The notes beneath the pieces were generated by a model that was not told where the DNA came from, did not search any database, and saw only the letters and a list, made by a program, of their open reading frames with translations. From Bacilli bacterium (GTDB taxonomy: Bacteria; Bacillota_I; Bacilli_A; RFN20; CAG-826), in contig JBMNLN010000001.1 of NCBI GenBank assembly GCA_050952725.1, positions 752,108 to 816,107 of the forward strand: 64,000 bases of DNA, in the 5' to 3' direction. A program made the position numbers and the translations under genes. Each line of letters begins with the position of its first letter. Within the stretch, counting starts at the first letter, position 1. Shown piece by piece: positions 36,789-47,357 of the stretch.

Positions 36789-39281
36789 ATGAATAAAACT
36801 TCGCGTTTCTTAATTAGTTTCTTCACGACCACCTTGCTTTTAAGTGGGGCAAGCTGTGGCAAGACTTCTCAATTGACTTCGACTTCGGTCAGCGTTCCCG
36901 AATTAAAGAACTTTGTTTCCCTTTATGAAACCACGGGAACGAAAGCGAAAATTCTCGCTCGGCAAGATGATGTCACGTGGCAAGATTATCAAGTCACTGG
37001 CAATAACGAAATCCATATCGATCCGCATGTGGAAAAAGAAGAACTCACTGGAATGGGACTGGCGATTACCCATTCGAGCGCTTATTTACTGCAGACGATG
37101 AGTGAGGCGAATAAAGCCAAAGCCCTAAATGATCTGTTTAGCTTAGAAGGGGCGAATTTAAACTGCGTCCGGATTCCGCTGGGGACAAGTGACTTTACCT
37201 ACACGGAGGAATTTTATACCTTTAACGATCTCAGTTTTGGTCAAAAGGACTATCAACTGGTAAATTTTTCGATTGCCAAAGATGAGGTCTATCTGATTCC
37301 AACGTTAAAAGAAATCCTCCAAATCAATCCCGATATCATCTTTTTTGCCGCTCCTTGGAGTGCGCCCGCTTGGATGAAAAATACCAAATCTCTAAAAGGT
37401 GGTAGTCTAGTTGCCGGTCGCGGTGTCGATCCTAGCGATGAAGAAGTCACCTACGCTGAATATCTATTTAAAGCCGTGCAAGCTTACAAGGCACATGGGA
37501 TTCACCTTCGATATCTGTCGATTGTCAACGAACCCAATGTCAATTTTCTCAATTATCCGTGCATGTCGATGGGAGCGGAGCAATTTGCCCGTGTGGCGTT
37601 GCTTCTAGGACGAAAACTCAAAGCGGCCAACTTGAATACCACGATTATGGCTTATGATCATAACGCCGGTGATGGCAGTGATGATGTGATTTTTGATCAA
37701 TGGTTAGAACAACTCGATAAAAGTGAAGAATTATCGGAATATGTCTCATCTTTTGGCTTTCATTGCTATTCGCAAGGTTGGCAAGAAAACCATCGGACTT
37801 TCCTCGAAAATACTCGGGATGCCTACCCTGACAAACAAATCTTTGTCACCGAAGTGACCGAATCAGAGGGTTCAGGGGTTGACTTTGCTCTGAATGTTTC
37901 CTGGTCGATGAAAAATGTCACGGTTGGCCCTATCGCCGGGGGAGCAAGTGCCGCGCTTTATTGGAATGCGGTGTTGCGCGAAAATGGGCAACCGATTTTA
38001 GGAAATAATGCCGTCTGTTATGGGGTGTTGACTTATGATGGGGAACATCTCCTGCGCAATGCGGCTTATTATTCGCTGGCGCATACGGCGAAATTCGCTT
38101 ATCCAATTAATGGCGTTCATCCCGTTCGCCTCGATAGTTATGCGGATAATGAAGCGAAGATTAAAACCACGACTTTTCGCCGAGCCGATGATGCCATCGT
38201 CACAGTAATCGTCAATAACGATGCGACGACCTTTGAAGATGTGACGGTTGTCTATAATCAGGATCAGATGATTACTGTGCGCATCCAGGCCGAAAGTGCG
38301 ATGACTTTAGTCGCTGAAAGTGCGGAAAAAGAAGCGGGTTACCAAGGCCTTCATGTCCGTAGTTTCGTCTTTGAACAACGCCTGACAAATGAATATGATT
38401 TTGCTTTCACCTTGTCGCATTTTGATCCGGAAATGAAATTCTATCTAACCCGTGAACAGGAAGATTATACCGAAGCCGATTTGATCGCTTATGAAACCAC
38501 AGGGGAAAAGTACACCTTTTCTCGGCAGATCCCCGCGGGTGATTACACCTTGTATATGGTTTTAGGGGAACGGCAAGGCGAATTCAACTTCACGATTCCC
38601 ACGATGTCGCCTCAGGTGGAAAGCCAAAGCGATGGCAGTGTGCTGATTACCTTTGGCTTTGATCATACCACTAGTTGGTCGAGTTATTGCGACCCTTATG
38701 GCAAAAACATTTATCGCTCAAATAACATTCGCTTTGATCAAACTGCGGAACTCGTCAATGTCGACACCGCGGGTAACCCCTATCCGATTTATATCGTCGA
38801 TGAATCCTTTACCGATCATCACCCCGATCAGGATCAGCCCTTTTACTTCCTCGTCCTCACTAGCAAAAATGGTTTAGGCACGATTATTAGCCATCCGTTA
38901 GTCTGCAAAGAAAATGTTTTACAAGATGTGCAGGCGCGTTTAATCATCAAGGATAACCAACCAACTTTAGCGGTCACACCGACGATTCTTCCCCCCTTAA
39001 CCTATGAGATGTTCCGGTTGATTGTCAAAGACAACATCGATGAAATTCACCTGATTGAATATGATGCGATGGGGCTTGAAGAAGGGACTTTCTTTTTTGA
39101 TTTGACGGCTTTGCGGCGCAAAGGGATCTGGTATGATTTGTTAATCGAATATAAAGTGGCCGCGAATCGCTATGATTTACTCGTGGAAAATGCTGATTTA
39201 AGTCAAAAAATTACCGTTAACGGTGAAACTTATGAATTTAAAGCATGGGAAGGACTGCTCAAAGTTAATTGGCAGGTATAA
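36789..39281 (+). CDS. Glycoside hydrolase family 30 (glucosylceramidase-like) lipoprotein with C-terminal accessory domains.
   Basis: The lipobox is LLLSGASCGK. The GH30 signature is FAAPWSAPAWMKNTKSLKGGSL ... IVNEPN. Confidence 0.75.
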   Translation: MNKTSRFLISFFTTTLLLSGASCGKTSQLTSTSVSVPELKNFVSLYETTGTKAKILARQDDVTWQDYQVTGNNEIHIDPHVEKEELTGMGLAITHSSAYLLQTMSEANKAKALNDLFSLEGANLNCVRIPLGTSDFTYTEEFYTFNDLSFGQKDYQLVNFSIAKDEVYLIPTLKEILQINPDIIFFAAPWSAPAWMKNTKSLKGGSLVAGRGVDPSDEEVTYAEYLFKAVQAYKAHGIHLRYLSIVNEPNVNFLNYPCMSMGAEQFARVALLLGRKLKAANLNTTIMAYDHNAGDGSDDVIFDQWLEQLDKSEELSEYVSSFGFHCYSQGWQENHRTFLENTRDAYPDKQIFVTEVTESEGSGVDFALNVSWSMKNVTVGPIAGGASAALYWNAVLRENGQPILGNNAVCYGVLTYDGEHLLRNAAYYSLAHTAKFAYPINGVHPVRLDSYADNEAKIKTTTFRRADDAIVTVIVNNDATTFEDVTVVYNQDQMITVRIQAESAMTLVAESAEKEAGYQGLHVRSFVFEQRLTNEYDFAFTLSHFDPEMKFYLTREQEDYTEADLIAYETTGEKYTFSRQIPAGDYTLYMVLGERQGEFNFTIPTMSPQVESQSDGSVLITFGFDHTTSWSSYCDPYGKNIYRSNNIRFDQTAELVNVDTAGNPYPIYIVDESFTDHHPDQDQPFYFLVLTSKNGLGTIISHPLVCKENVLQDVQARLIIKDNQPTLAVTPTILPPLTYEMFRLIVKDNIDEIHLIEYDAMGLEEGTFFFDLTALRRKGIWYDLLIEYKVAANRYDLLVENADLSQKITVNGETYEFKAWEGLLKVNWQV

Positions 39282-39285
39282 CGCA

Positions 39286-40629
39286 ATGTTAAAAATTATT
39301 CGCACTGCAAAAGATGGCGAACGGCTGCAAGAATTAGATAAGATTCGCCCAATCAAGACTCCGCTGGATGGGAGACTGCTTTTCGTCGATGAAAAGAGGA
39401 CTTATCAAACCCATGCCGGTTTTGGGGGAGCCTTGACCGAGGCGACGACTGCTAATCTGCAACTGATGAGTAAAGCCCAATACGATGAAGTGCTTCAAGC
39501 CTACTATGGCGCAGAGGGCCTGCGCTATAATTTAGGGCGCTTGACGATTAACTCCAGCGATTTTGGTTATGGCAATTACGACTATTTACAGGGGGAAGAT
39601 GCCAGCTTGAAGAGTTTTAGTTTAGCCAAAGAACAAACGCGTTGTCTGCCCGTTTTAAAAGACATCTTCAAATTGCGTGGAGAACGCTTAAAACTGATGG
39701 CCAGTCCTTGGTCGCCGCCAGCTTTTATGAAAACCAACAAGATGATGAATCACGGGGGGAAACTCCTGAAAGAGCATTACCAAACTTGGGCCGATTATCT
39801 TTCACTCTACCTTGAAGAAATGGCCAAAGCGGGCATCAAAATCGATTTCATCACGGTGCAAAATGAACCAGAAGCGACCCAAACTTGGGAATCGTGTCTT
39901 TACACCGCGGAAGAAGAGGCGATTTTTATTCGAGATTATCTAGGTCCGACCTTGAAAAAAAAGCACTTGGAGACGAAGATTTTCATCTGGGATCATAACC
40001 GCGATGAAATCGTCCGGCGCGCGTATTTGACCTTAAGGGATCCCAAGGTAGCGGAATACGTTTACGGGATTGCTTTCCATTGGTATGTCTCCGATGCGCA
40101 TCACCATCTTAGCTATGTCCATCATCTTTTCCCGGATAAACATCTGTTCTTCACTGAGGGTTGTGTCGAAATGCGAAATCGGAATCTCCCCTTAAAAAAT
40201 ATGATGGGCGCGTGGAAAAACGGGGAGACCTATGGACGGAATATCATCAATGACTTTAACAACTACAATGAAGCTTTCATCGATTGGAACCTAGTCCTTG
40301 ATGAACAAGGTGGTCCTAATCATGTGGAAAACTTCTGTGAAGCTCCCATTGTTTTTGATCGAAATCAAAAGGCATTAATCTATAATCCTTCATTCTATTT
40401 TATCGCCCATTTCTCGAAGTATATCGAAGTGGGGGCTAAGCGTTTAGCCATCATGCATGATGTGGAGCAAGGTCTGCATGCCTGTGCTTATCTCAATCCC
40501 GATCAAAAAATAGTCATCGTGATTCAAAATGAGACCAATCAGACGATTAATCTTTGTTTAAAGTTACGGGGGCAATACTATCCTCTAAAACTTAAACGAC
40601 GTTCAATTAGCACATTAAAGGAGGAATAA
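39286..40629 (+). CDS. Glycoside hydrolase family 30 enzyme with no signal peptide, probably cytoplasmic.
   Basis: MASPWSPPAFMKTNKMMNHGGKLL ... TVQNEPEA is present. The start is reassigned to ATG 39286, just after the upstream stop; the ORF-track start at 39223 would overlap. Confidence 0.7.
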   Translation: MLKIIRTAKDGERLQELDKIRPIKTPLDGRLLFVDEKRTYQTHAGFGGALTEATTANLQLMSKAQYDEVLQAYYGAEGLRYNLGRLTINSSDFGYGNYDYLQGEDASLKSFSLAKEQTRCLPVLKDIFKLRGERLKLMASPWSPPAFMKTNKMMNHGGKLLKEHYQTWADYLSLYLEEMAKAGIKIDFITVQNEPEATQTWESCLYTAEEEAIFIRDYLGPTLKKKHLETKIFIWDHNRDEIVRRAYLTLRDPKVAEYVYGIAFHWYVSDAHHHLSYVHHLFPDKHLFFTEGCVEMRNRNLPLKNMMGAWKNGETYGRNIINDFNNYNEAFIDWNLVLDEQGGPNHVENFCEAPIVFDRNQKALIYNPSFYFIAHFSKYIEVGAKRLAIMHDVEQGLHACAYLNPDQKIVIVIQNETNQTINLCLKLRGQYYPLKLKRRSISTLKEE

Positions 40630-40832
40630 GATGAAGTGATAAAAAAACCAACTATTTCCTTGGACCTCGAACACAATTTGGGGGTTTACTCTCCCCAAAG
40701 CCCAAGCACCAGATGGTCAACTTCATGAGGAAAAAGCCAAGTCTACGGACCACATTTGATTAAAAATGTTGCTAGAACATTAAAAACTAGCGAAAATGGT
40801 ATTATCTAAAACTAATGAAGGAGGAAAACAAC

Positions 40833-42536
40833 ATGAGAAAAGATAAACCTAGATCAAACCGCTTATTTATCGCCTTATTAAGCACGATGCTCCTTGGTAG
40901 TTTCGCTAGCTTAAAAGGGATCAATGCGGTACCGGTTAAAGCCGCGACCACGGAACCTGCCATCCTAGGTGAAGGGCTTAACTGGGATATTAATGACCCG
41001 GCTAACAAAATGACCCCGGTCGTTGGTTTGGACGATGTTTTTGAAAAGTCATTCACGGGCTTAACCAGCAACCATTATACGATCGTGGCTTTTGGCAGCG
41101 CTTGGGTGCGCTACCCGAATACGGGTTATGATCGCGCTAATTCCAATGCGGGCAATTTAATCTATCCGATTCCGGATGGGGATAAAAACATCCTCTTACA
41201 GCAAACGGGGGATGTGACTTTCCGGATTTATAATCCCGATAATGAACCAGGTTCGCCCGCGGGCCCTTATCGCTATACGGTCAATTACACGACCCTGCCT
41301 AATCCCGCTCCGAATACGAAGACGAATATCGTTTTAGGCGGGAGTGCCGTCGGTGGGTGGCGAACGGACATTGAAGCCAATCGTTTGGAATGGATGAATG
41401 CCCGTTATGCGTTAAAAGGGATGGCTTTTACCGCGGGAGAATTTAAACCCTATGTTTGGAAAACTTGGGATGGCGGCTGGAATTGTTTTTCGATTGACAC
41501 GCTCAATTCCACCGCGGCTGATGTCCTCTCTAATGGCTCGGCTCCTGACTATAACATCATCGTCAACACGGCGGGCAATTATGGGATTTTATATGACCTC
41601 AAAACCCAAATGTTTACTTTCCACGCCCAGACTACGACGACTAAAACCGTATCGAAATACTATGGAACGACCAAGTTAGAAGAAGAATTCGCTTTTAGCG
41701 GCATCGCTTATAACCCGACTGAATGTGAAGTCGCGGGGAAAAAATTAGTCGGCTGGTACACGGATGCGGATTTTGAAAACTTATATATCCCTGGTGAAGT
41801 CAACGAAAATATAAATCTCTATGGGAAATTCGTTGAAGAGATTAAACTCGCCTTCTACGATAAAGCGCAGACGATTTCAACAGGTGATGTTTATGCCTAC
41901 GGCTGGAATAATGATGCAACCGTCACCCTTGGGGCTTGGCCCGGAACGAAAATGACTAAGCACGGTTATGGTTACCATACTTTGGATGTAGCCGCCGCCA
42001 ACATTTGTGATAATTTAGTCTTCAACAATGGTCTTGGTGGCGATGATGAGGTCAAAACTGGTGACTTGACCTGGAATTTACCTTTTAATATTTATCACAA
42101 CATCAATAATGCTTGGGGCACCAATAGCGATGATTATCACGCAGCGACCTTATTTGGAATTCGCATCCTGCATGAAACCCGGCTTTGCGATGCAACCGGG
42201 GCGACGAACAAGGTCGTGCTCAATGATTGGAACACCCTTGCTGGTGAATTCAATGCTCTATCGGTCAATGTCAAAGCGCTGATTAAAAATCACGTCGGTA
42301 GTGTCACTGGCGACCTTCTCGATCAAGCGGTGGTCCGTTATGATTACATCGTGGCCAAATATGGGGGAGCGGGTTATAACGACTTTATCAATCGCGCCGG
42401 CTCACCTTCGCCCTTAGCTCCTAGAGACTTTATGAAACATGAAAATCTCTTGATCATCTATGCGGTGCTGACGATCGCGATCATCACCGGAGCGGCAATT
42501 GCTCTTTTGAAACGCCAAAAGAAAGCACAAAAATAA
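40833..42536 (+). CDS. CBM26-like starch-binding-module surface protein with a C-terminal transmembrane anchor.
   Basis: A GGAGG RBS precedes the ATG at 40833, and there is a signal peptide. DVYAYGWNND..GAWPGTKMTK..YHTLDV...NLVFNNGLGGDDEVKTGDL is the classical CBM25/26 signature. The C-terminus is LLIIYAVLTIAIITGAAIALLKRQKKAQK. Confidence 0.6.
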   Translation: MRKDKPRSNRLFIALLSTMLLGSFASLKGINAVPVKAATTEPAILGEGLNWDINDPANKMTPVVGLDDVFEKSFTGLTSNHYTIVAFGSAWVRYPNTGYDRANSNAGNLIYPIPDGDKNILLQQTGDVTFRIYNPDNEPGSPAGPYRYTVNYTTLPNPAPNTKTNIVLGGSAVGGWRTDIEANRLEWMNARYALKGMAFTAGEFKPYVWKTWDGGWNCFSIDTLNSTAADVLSNGSAPDYNIIVNTAGNYGILYDLKTQMFTFHAQTTTTKTVSKYYGTTKLEEEFAFSGIAYNPTECEVAGKKLVGWYTDADFENLYIPGEVNENINLYGKFVEEIKLAFYDKAQTISTGDVYAYGWNNDATVTLGAWPGTKMTKHGYGYHTLDVAAANICDNLVFNNGLGGDDEVKTGDLTWNLPFNIYHNINNAWGTNSDDYHAATLFGIRILHETRLCDATGATNKVVLNDWNTLAGEFNALSVNVKALIKNHVGSVTGDLLDQAVVRYDYIVAKYGGAGYNDFINRAGSPSPLAPRDFMKHENLLIIYAVLTIAIITGAAIALLKRQKKAQK

Positions 42537-42563
42537 CGCGTTAAAAACAAACCAATTTTGATT

Positions 42564-42590
42564 AAAGCGCCCTCATTTGGGCGCTTTTTA
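42564..42590. terminator. Bidirectional terminator hairpin between convergent genes.
   Basis: AAAGCGCCCtcatttGGGCGCTTT is followed by TTA. Confidence 0.45.
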
Positions 42591-42726
42591 TCATGAGAAA
42601 ATCAGTTTCAACCAAAGCGATGACTAGGGATTACAATTAAACTCTTTTACGATATTCTCTTTACTCGTTTCACGACTAAAATGGCAAATGAGCATTCGCT
42701 ATATATGGTTTTGAGTAATGATTGAT

Positions 42727-44847
42727 TTAGGTTAATTCCCACTGCAGTCGGGGCTTAGTTCCAGTAAAATCCCAAATTTCCAAATTGTAATCGAGTTCGC
42801 TCAGGAGTTCATCACTAGTATATCCGGTAATACCATCGCCTTTTCCAGTTGCGCTATTACCGATGCGGTCCATGGTGGACTGAGTTTTATCATAGGCACA
42901 ATGATAATAAATCGTCGCATGGCTTCCCCCGGGAGTAACACCGACAAAAGCTCCGACAAAAACATCTTCCCCAGTCTTATCAATCACGGTGGATAAGGCC
43001 AGACAGCAAATGAGCAGATTGTTATATCCTTCCATGCGCCCGACAAAGCCGCCAAGGTGGACTAAGGTGGTCGCGGTCGCTTGCACGCTGCCTTCGGCAT
43101 AGCAATCGCTGATTCCCCCATATCCCATATAACCGACAAAGCCGCCGCTATAATTCGCCCCGGTTACCTCCATATTGGCTTTAGCTTGCATAATCTGCAT
43201 ATAATTATCCAGCATTTGCCCGATAAAACCACCCGTGGGCGTCTGTTCACTGCCAGTCGCGGTCAGAGTGCCATTGGCACTCGAGCGACTGATCATCACT
43301 CCTTGTTCTGATTGACGCAGCAAGCCGATAAAGCCCCCGCTAATCGCATAGGCGGCAGTGATCTCGCCCTGATAATGGACATTTTCATAAATGGAGTTAT
43401 CACTAACTCCTGCAATGCCCCCAGCTTTAGCGATGCCATTACGAGCATGGAGGTTGATATCGATGATCACTTCCACATTTCTAATCGTGGCATGGGAAAT
43501 AACCGCGGATAGCCCCCCGATATGGGCTTCAAAGGTTTGATTGGAAGCGCTATTGACGAGGCCGACCAACTTCAAGTTGGAGATGGAGGCCCCATTTAAG
43601 CAACTGAAGAAGCCCACATTTTGGTTTTGATCACTGACATCAATCCCACTAATCGTATGCCCCGCGCCATCGAAACGGCCTCCAAAGGCTTTGGGTGTCC
43701 AAGGCTCGGTTAAGGTGATATCGGCATTTAACCGATAGGAACCTAAAAAAGTCATCGCCCGCAATTCGGTTTCGGAGTTGATTAAGGTGACATTGAAATA
43801 ATATTTCTCGCTCAGAGCAGAGGGATAATTGGCGCTTGAAATCGCCTGAACTTGGACATAAACACAACCTTCAATTGTCGCCTGCGGCATCGTGTAGCGA
43901 TTCGTGGTGATGCCGGCGACTAAATTTCCATCGATATAGATTTGATAACCATCCGCGTAGGGCACAGCCGCAAAGGTTAAGATATTTCCCGTCAAAGTGA
44001 GATTAGTTGGAGTGGTAAGGGTGATTTTTGGCACGTTGATTTCGACTTGGGCTATTTCGCTATTGAGGTAAGTAGCACTATCGCCACGGGCTTGAATTTC
44101 CACAGTGAGCATCCCGGTTTGATAATAGCCGATCTCACAGCGATTGGTGGGGCTCATCCCCCATAAAGACCCATCGATGACAACTTTATATTCCCTCGCC
44201 TGCGCGACAGCATCCCAAAGAAGAAACCCGTCGTCAAATGCGATATTACGCGGAGTGTCCAGCTGTTGTTTAATCGTGATTTCTTCGCTATAAGCACTCG
44301 ATTTTAAATAGGGGTCACTGGCCGTAGCTAAAACTTTAAGGCTGACGACCTCGCTAGTTAAATCGTATGCAGGATGATTGACATATTGTTCTGAGGCGTG
44401 ATTGATTTTTACGATATAGCCAGTCGCTAAGGGAACTTCATCCCAGAAGATCTGGTTGCCAACTTGGCGCAGATTTTGCGGGACTTCTAAAGTTAAGTAA
44501 GCGGTAAAGGTTTGGACTTCCGAATAAGGCGAACAAGAAGTCAAATGGCATGCTTTGACTTGGACGGTGATTATCCCATAGGTGGTCGCGGGTAATGCGA
44601 AATAATGTTCATAAGTAGTATGTTCGTCCGCATTGAGCAAAACGATATAGGAACTCGCTCCGTCCACCGCCTCCCAACTAAGGGTGCGCTCGGTCAAGGT
44701 AATCTGCTTGGGCGCGGTTAACTCACTGCTGGTGTCTTGACTGGTCGTCAGGCTGGATTCTTCGCGACTCGATTGGGGTTGACATCCAAAGAGGAGAAGA
44801 GCCACACTGGCGAAACTGAAGAAGAGATTGCGAAACTTTTTCATCAT
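42727..44847 (-). CDS. Lipoprotein with four FN3-like repeats and multiple GLUG motifs.
   Basis: The lipobox is LLLFGCQ. Repeated units of about 70 aa match (...W..V..A..Y.V...). The C-terminal half has repeated GG(F/I)(V/I)G...G motifs (GGFVGYMGYG, GGFIGQM, GGIAGVSDN, GGFVGRMEGY), which is the GLUG motif. Confidence 0.55.
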   Translation of the reverse strand: MMKKFRNLFFSFASVALLLFGCQPQSSREESSLTTSQDTSSELTAPKQITLTERTLSWEAVDGASSYIVLLNADEHTTYEHYFALPATTYGIITVQVKACHLTSCSPYSEVQTFTAYLTLEVPQNLRQVGNQIFWDEVPLATGYIVKINHASEQYVNHPAYDLTSEVVSLKVLATASDPYLKSSAYSEEITIKQQLDTPRNIAFDDGFLLWDAVAQAREYKVVIDGSLWGMSPTNRCEIGYYQTGMLTVEIQARGDSATYLNSEIAQVEINVPKITLTTPTNLTLTGNILTFAAVPYADGYQIYIDGNLVAGITTNRYTMPQATIEGCVYVQVQAISSANYPSALSEKYYFNVTLINSETELRAMTFLGSYRLNADITLTEPWTPKAFGGRFDGAGHTISGIDVSDQNQNVGFFSCLNGASISNLKLVGLVNSASNQTFEAHIGGLSAVISHATIRNVEVIIDINLHARNGIAKAGGIAGVSDNSIYENVHYQGEITAAYAISGGFIGLLRQSEQGVMISRSSANGTLTATGSEQTPTGGFIGQMLDNYMQIMQAKANMEVTGANYSGGFVGYMGYGGISDCYAEGSVQATATTLVHLGGFVGRMEGYNNLLICCLALSTVIDKTGEDVFVGAFVGVTPGGSHATIYYHCAYDKTQSTMDRIGNSATGKGDGITGYTSDELLSELDYNLEIWDFTGTKPRLQWELT

Positions 44848-47357
44848 GAACCTCCCAAACGCGGCCGATGGGTAATCGTCGGGGTGATAACTAAGTAATA
44901 GGAAGGGAGATTAATCACTTCCTGCGTATCGCGATTAACCACATAGGCTTGTAAGTAATAATCTTGATCAAAGGCTGCAAGCGAGAGATCTAAGGTTTGA
45001 GAAATCTCTATTCCTTTTGCATATTTTCCTAAAGGCAACTTGCTAAAATGGGGAACGGAGTATTCTTTCCTAATCGGCGTAAATAGCGCATCACCATTTA
45101 AGTGATAACCTTCGATGACCAATTCAATCGGATAATCGCGCTTATCGTTTTCATAGCGCTTATTCAAGGCGAAAGTTGCGATTTCTAAATTCGCCCCCAC
45201 GGCGTTAAACGCGGCTGCTCCGGCGCTAAAATCCCCGCGAGCAGTCGCCAAACCGACATACATATCGCCCGCGCCATAATAGAAATACCACTGATTTTGA
45301 TGACGGATCATCGTGTCGGCAAACATGCATTTATTAAATAAACCATAGTCAATTTTATTCGTATCGGTAGGATACATCGTCGGTTCATCTAAATCTAAGT
45401 GCACATTGGTTAACTCAAACGGATTGCTCTGTGTGGTTTTTAAGACGCCTAAGGCATAGAACCAGCCGCTGGCATTGGGCTGTTGATGTTGGATGTTCGC
45501 ATCGCTTAAGACCCCACCCCCATACATCAGATAAATATCTTGGTCATCGGGTCCGTAGATCTTGCTTATCGCCATACAGGACTCATTGCCTTTTGTTAAC
45601 TTTTCGATGTCATTGGGACCAAAATGGCGCGTGTCGATATCGATGATATCACTGGCCTCAATCCGGGTGACATCACTAGTAAAGCCAATGCGCGTATAGC
45701 CGCCATCTTTCATATAAATCATATATACTCGTCCAAATTTACCCGGGCGCGGATCGCTGATTTGGATGGCGTTTCCTTCCGGATCGGTGACGAAGGTTCC
45801 CGATTTATATGCATGCGCGTAATCGGGGGCGAGCCGCCCGACTTTATGATAGGTGACAAAGTCATGGGTGTAGAGCATCCCTTCGCGAGTAATCGCGTAA
45901 TCATACATCGTATAGGTGATGTAATAGGTGGTCAATCCGCCCCGATTAGGGTCGTTGACAATTTTAAAAATTCGCGGATCTTCCAACCCCCCACCATGTT
46001 CTTCGGGGAGGGTCGGCCAGGCAATCGGGTTATGCTTTCCCCGCGTAAAATGCACGCCATCAAGGGAAGAAGCATAAGAGAGCGTTGACATATGCCCTAA
46101 TTCATAACGCTCCCCATAGTAAGTATCGAAACGGTCAGGCAATTCGGAGCGATAGATCATATGAAAAATCTGGCGCTCATCATCATAAATCACCGCGGGG
46201 TTATAAGTCGCATAACTTTCAAATCCGGGAATATTACCATCGGCAATACTCGCCATATTTGTCACCACCCCATCCGCTTCAATCGGATAACCCTGGGGAG
46301 CTAAAATTAGCCCTCCATCGTGCAAGGTGATGTTACTCATCGCCACCCAAGCGGGACTATTGTGGGAGAATTCCATTGGATGGCCGAGTTTGACCGCGGG
46401 TAAATTGCTTTCGCAATAAAGATCAAACGAATAAATCGAGAACGTCGATTGCCACGGATAACGTCCGGTTTTCTTCGTGGCTTCGCTTGTTTCGCGTTGG
46501 ATTAATTCCACCTTCAGATAACGGCTGGTAGTGCCACTGGGGATTTTAAAGGTCTCGACTTCGCCAAGCCCCGCCTCGGTTCCAGTTAGGTAAACCCATC
46601 CCGCATCTGCGCGCGCTGGCGCGCTTGCCGATATTTCTGGGTGAACATAAATTTGATAGATGCGGGCGAAGGAAACTTCCCAGCGCACTTTAATTAAGTC
46701 AAAGAGCACCGGCGTTTTTAAATCGAAAATCAAACCTTGATCATCAAGCTGGGCTGAGGCCCATCGCGTCTGGGCCTGATTATCTAAAATAGCGGCAGCG
46801 GGTAATTCCACCTCATTTTCATAACTCGAGGCATAGATAACCTCGCCTCCGACTGCTAAACTCTTTGGTCCATACACTTCAAAACTGTAAAATGAATAGC
46901 CGTATTCGAGCGCGCGCCTCACTCCTTGAAATTTGACAAATTGCGTTTCAATCCACTGCGGAAAGATGATTTCATCGATTTCACTGCTAGTTTTATGCAC
47001 CGTCGCTACCGTGGTCCAAGTCACCGCGTCCATCGACATTTGCAACTGGTACTCACGCGCATAAGCGGCCTCCCAGTCAAGGACGACTTTGCCCACGCGT
47101 TCGACTCCGCCTAAATCGATGTAAAAGAAGGCGTTATCCTCAGGAATTGCGGCATAACGGGTATCATTGCGGGCATCGACAGCGTGAATATTGTAATGAT
47201 CATCAGTATGGCCACTAGAGACGACGCGGCGCATAAAAGCTAGATCAACTCCGTATTCGGTCGTCCCCGCAACTTGGAGCGGTTGTTTTTTCGGCAAAGT
47301 GATGGTGCTTGCAAGCCAAGTTGTCGCTAAAACCAAAAGTCCCTTTCGTAATTTCAT
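44844..47357 (-). CDS. Secreted multidomain glycosidase: two F5/8-type C (discoidin/CBM32-like) domains plus a GH130-like β-propeller.
   Basis: The start is set at the ATG complement of 47355-47357, with a GGAGG RBS and a signal peptide (MKLRKGLLVLATTWLAS). Discoidin-like repeats are present (FYIDLGG..VGKVVLDWE / LIFDLKTPVLFDLIKVRWE). NPAVIYDD..IFHMIYR ... SSLDGVHF ... GGLEDPRIF ... YYITYT resemble GH130 motifs. Confidence 0.6.
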   Translation of the reverse strand: MKLRKGLLVLATTWLASTITLPKKQPLQVAGTTEYGVDLAFMRRVVSSGHTDDHYNIHAVDARNDTRYAAIPEDNAFFYIDLGGVERVGKVVLDWEAAYAREYQLQMSMDAVTWTTVATVHKTSSEIDEIIFPQWIETQFVKFQGVRRALEYGYSFYSFEVYGPKSLAVGGEVIYASSYENEVELPAAAILDNQAQTRWASAQLDDQGLIFDLKTPVLFDLIKVRWEVSFARIYQIYVHPEISASAPARADAGWVYLTGTEAGLGEVETFKIPSGTTSRYLKVELIQRETSEATKKTGRYPWQSTFSIYSFDLYCESNLPAVKLGHPMEFSHNSPAWVAMSNITLHDGGLILAPQGYPIEADGVVTNMASIADGNIPGFESYATYNPAVIYDDERQIFHMIYRSELPDRFDTYYGERYELGHMSTLSYASSLDGVHFTRGKHNPIAWPTLPEEHGGGLEDPRIFKIVNDPNRGGLTTYYITYTMYDYAITREGMLYTHDFVTYHKVGRLAPDYAHAYKSGTFVTDPEGNAIQISDPRPGKFGRVYMIYMKDGGYTRIGFTSDVTRIEASDIIDIDTRHFGPNDIEKLTKGNESCMAISKIYGPDDQDIYLMYGGGVLSDANIQHQQPNASGWFYALGVLKTTQSNPFELTNVHLDLDEPTMYPTDTNKIDYGLFNKCMFADTMIRHQNQWYFYYGAGDMYVGLATARGDFSAGAAAFNAVGANLEIATFALNKRYENDKRDYPIELVIEGYHLNGDALFTPIRKEYSVPHFSKLPLGKYAKGIEISQTLDLSLAAFDQDYYLQAYVVNRDTQEVINLPSYYLVITPTITHRPRLGGS

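Noticed and set aside
39223-39285. An upstream extension of the second GH30 gene.
   Set aside because: It would overlap the first GH30 gene by 59 nt. The ATG at 39286 immediately follows the upstream stop and gives a conserved-length protein.
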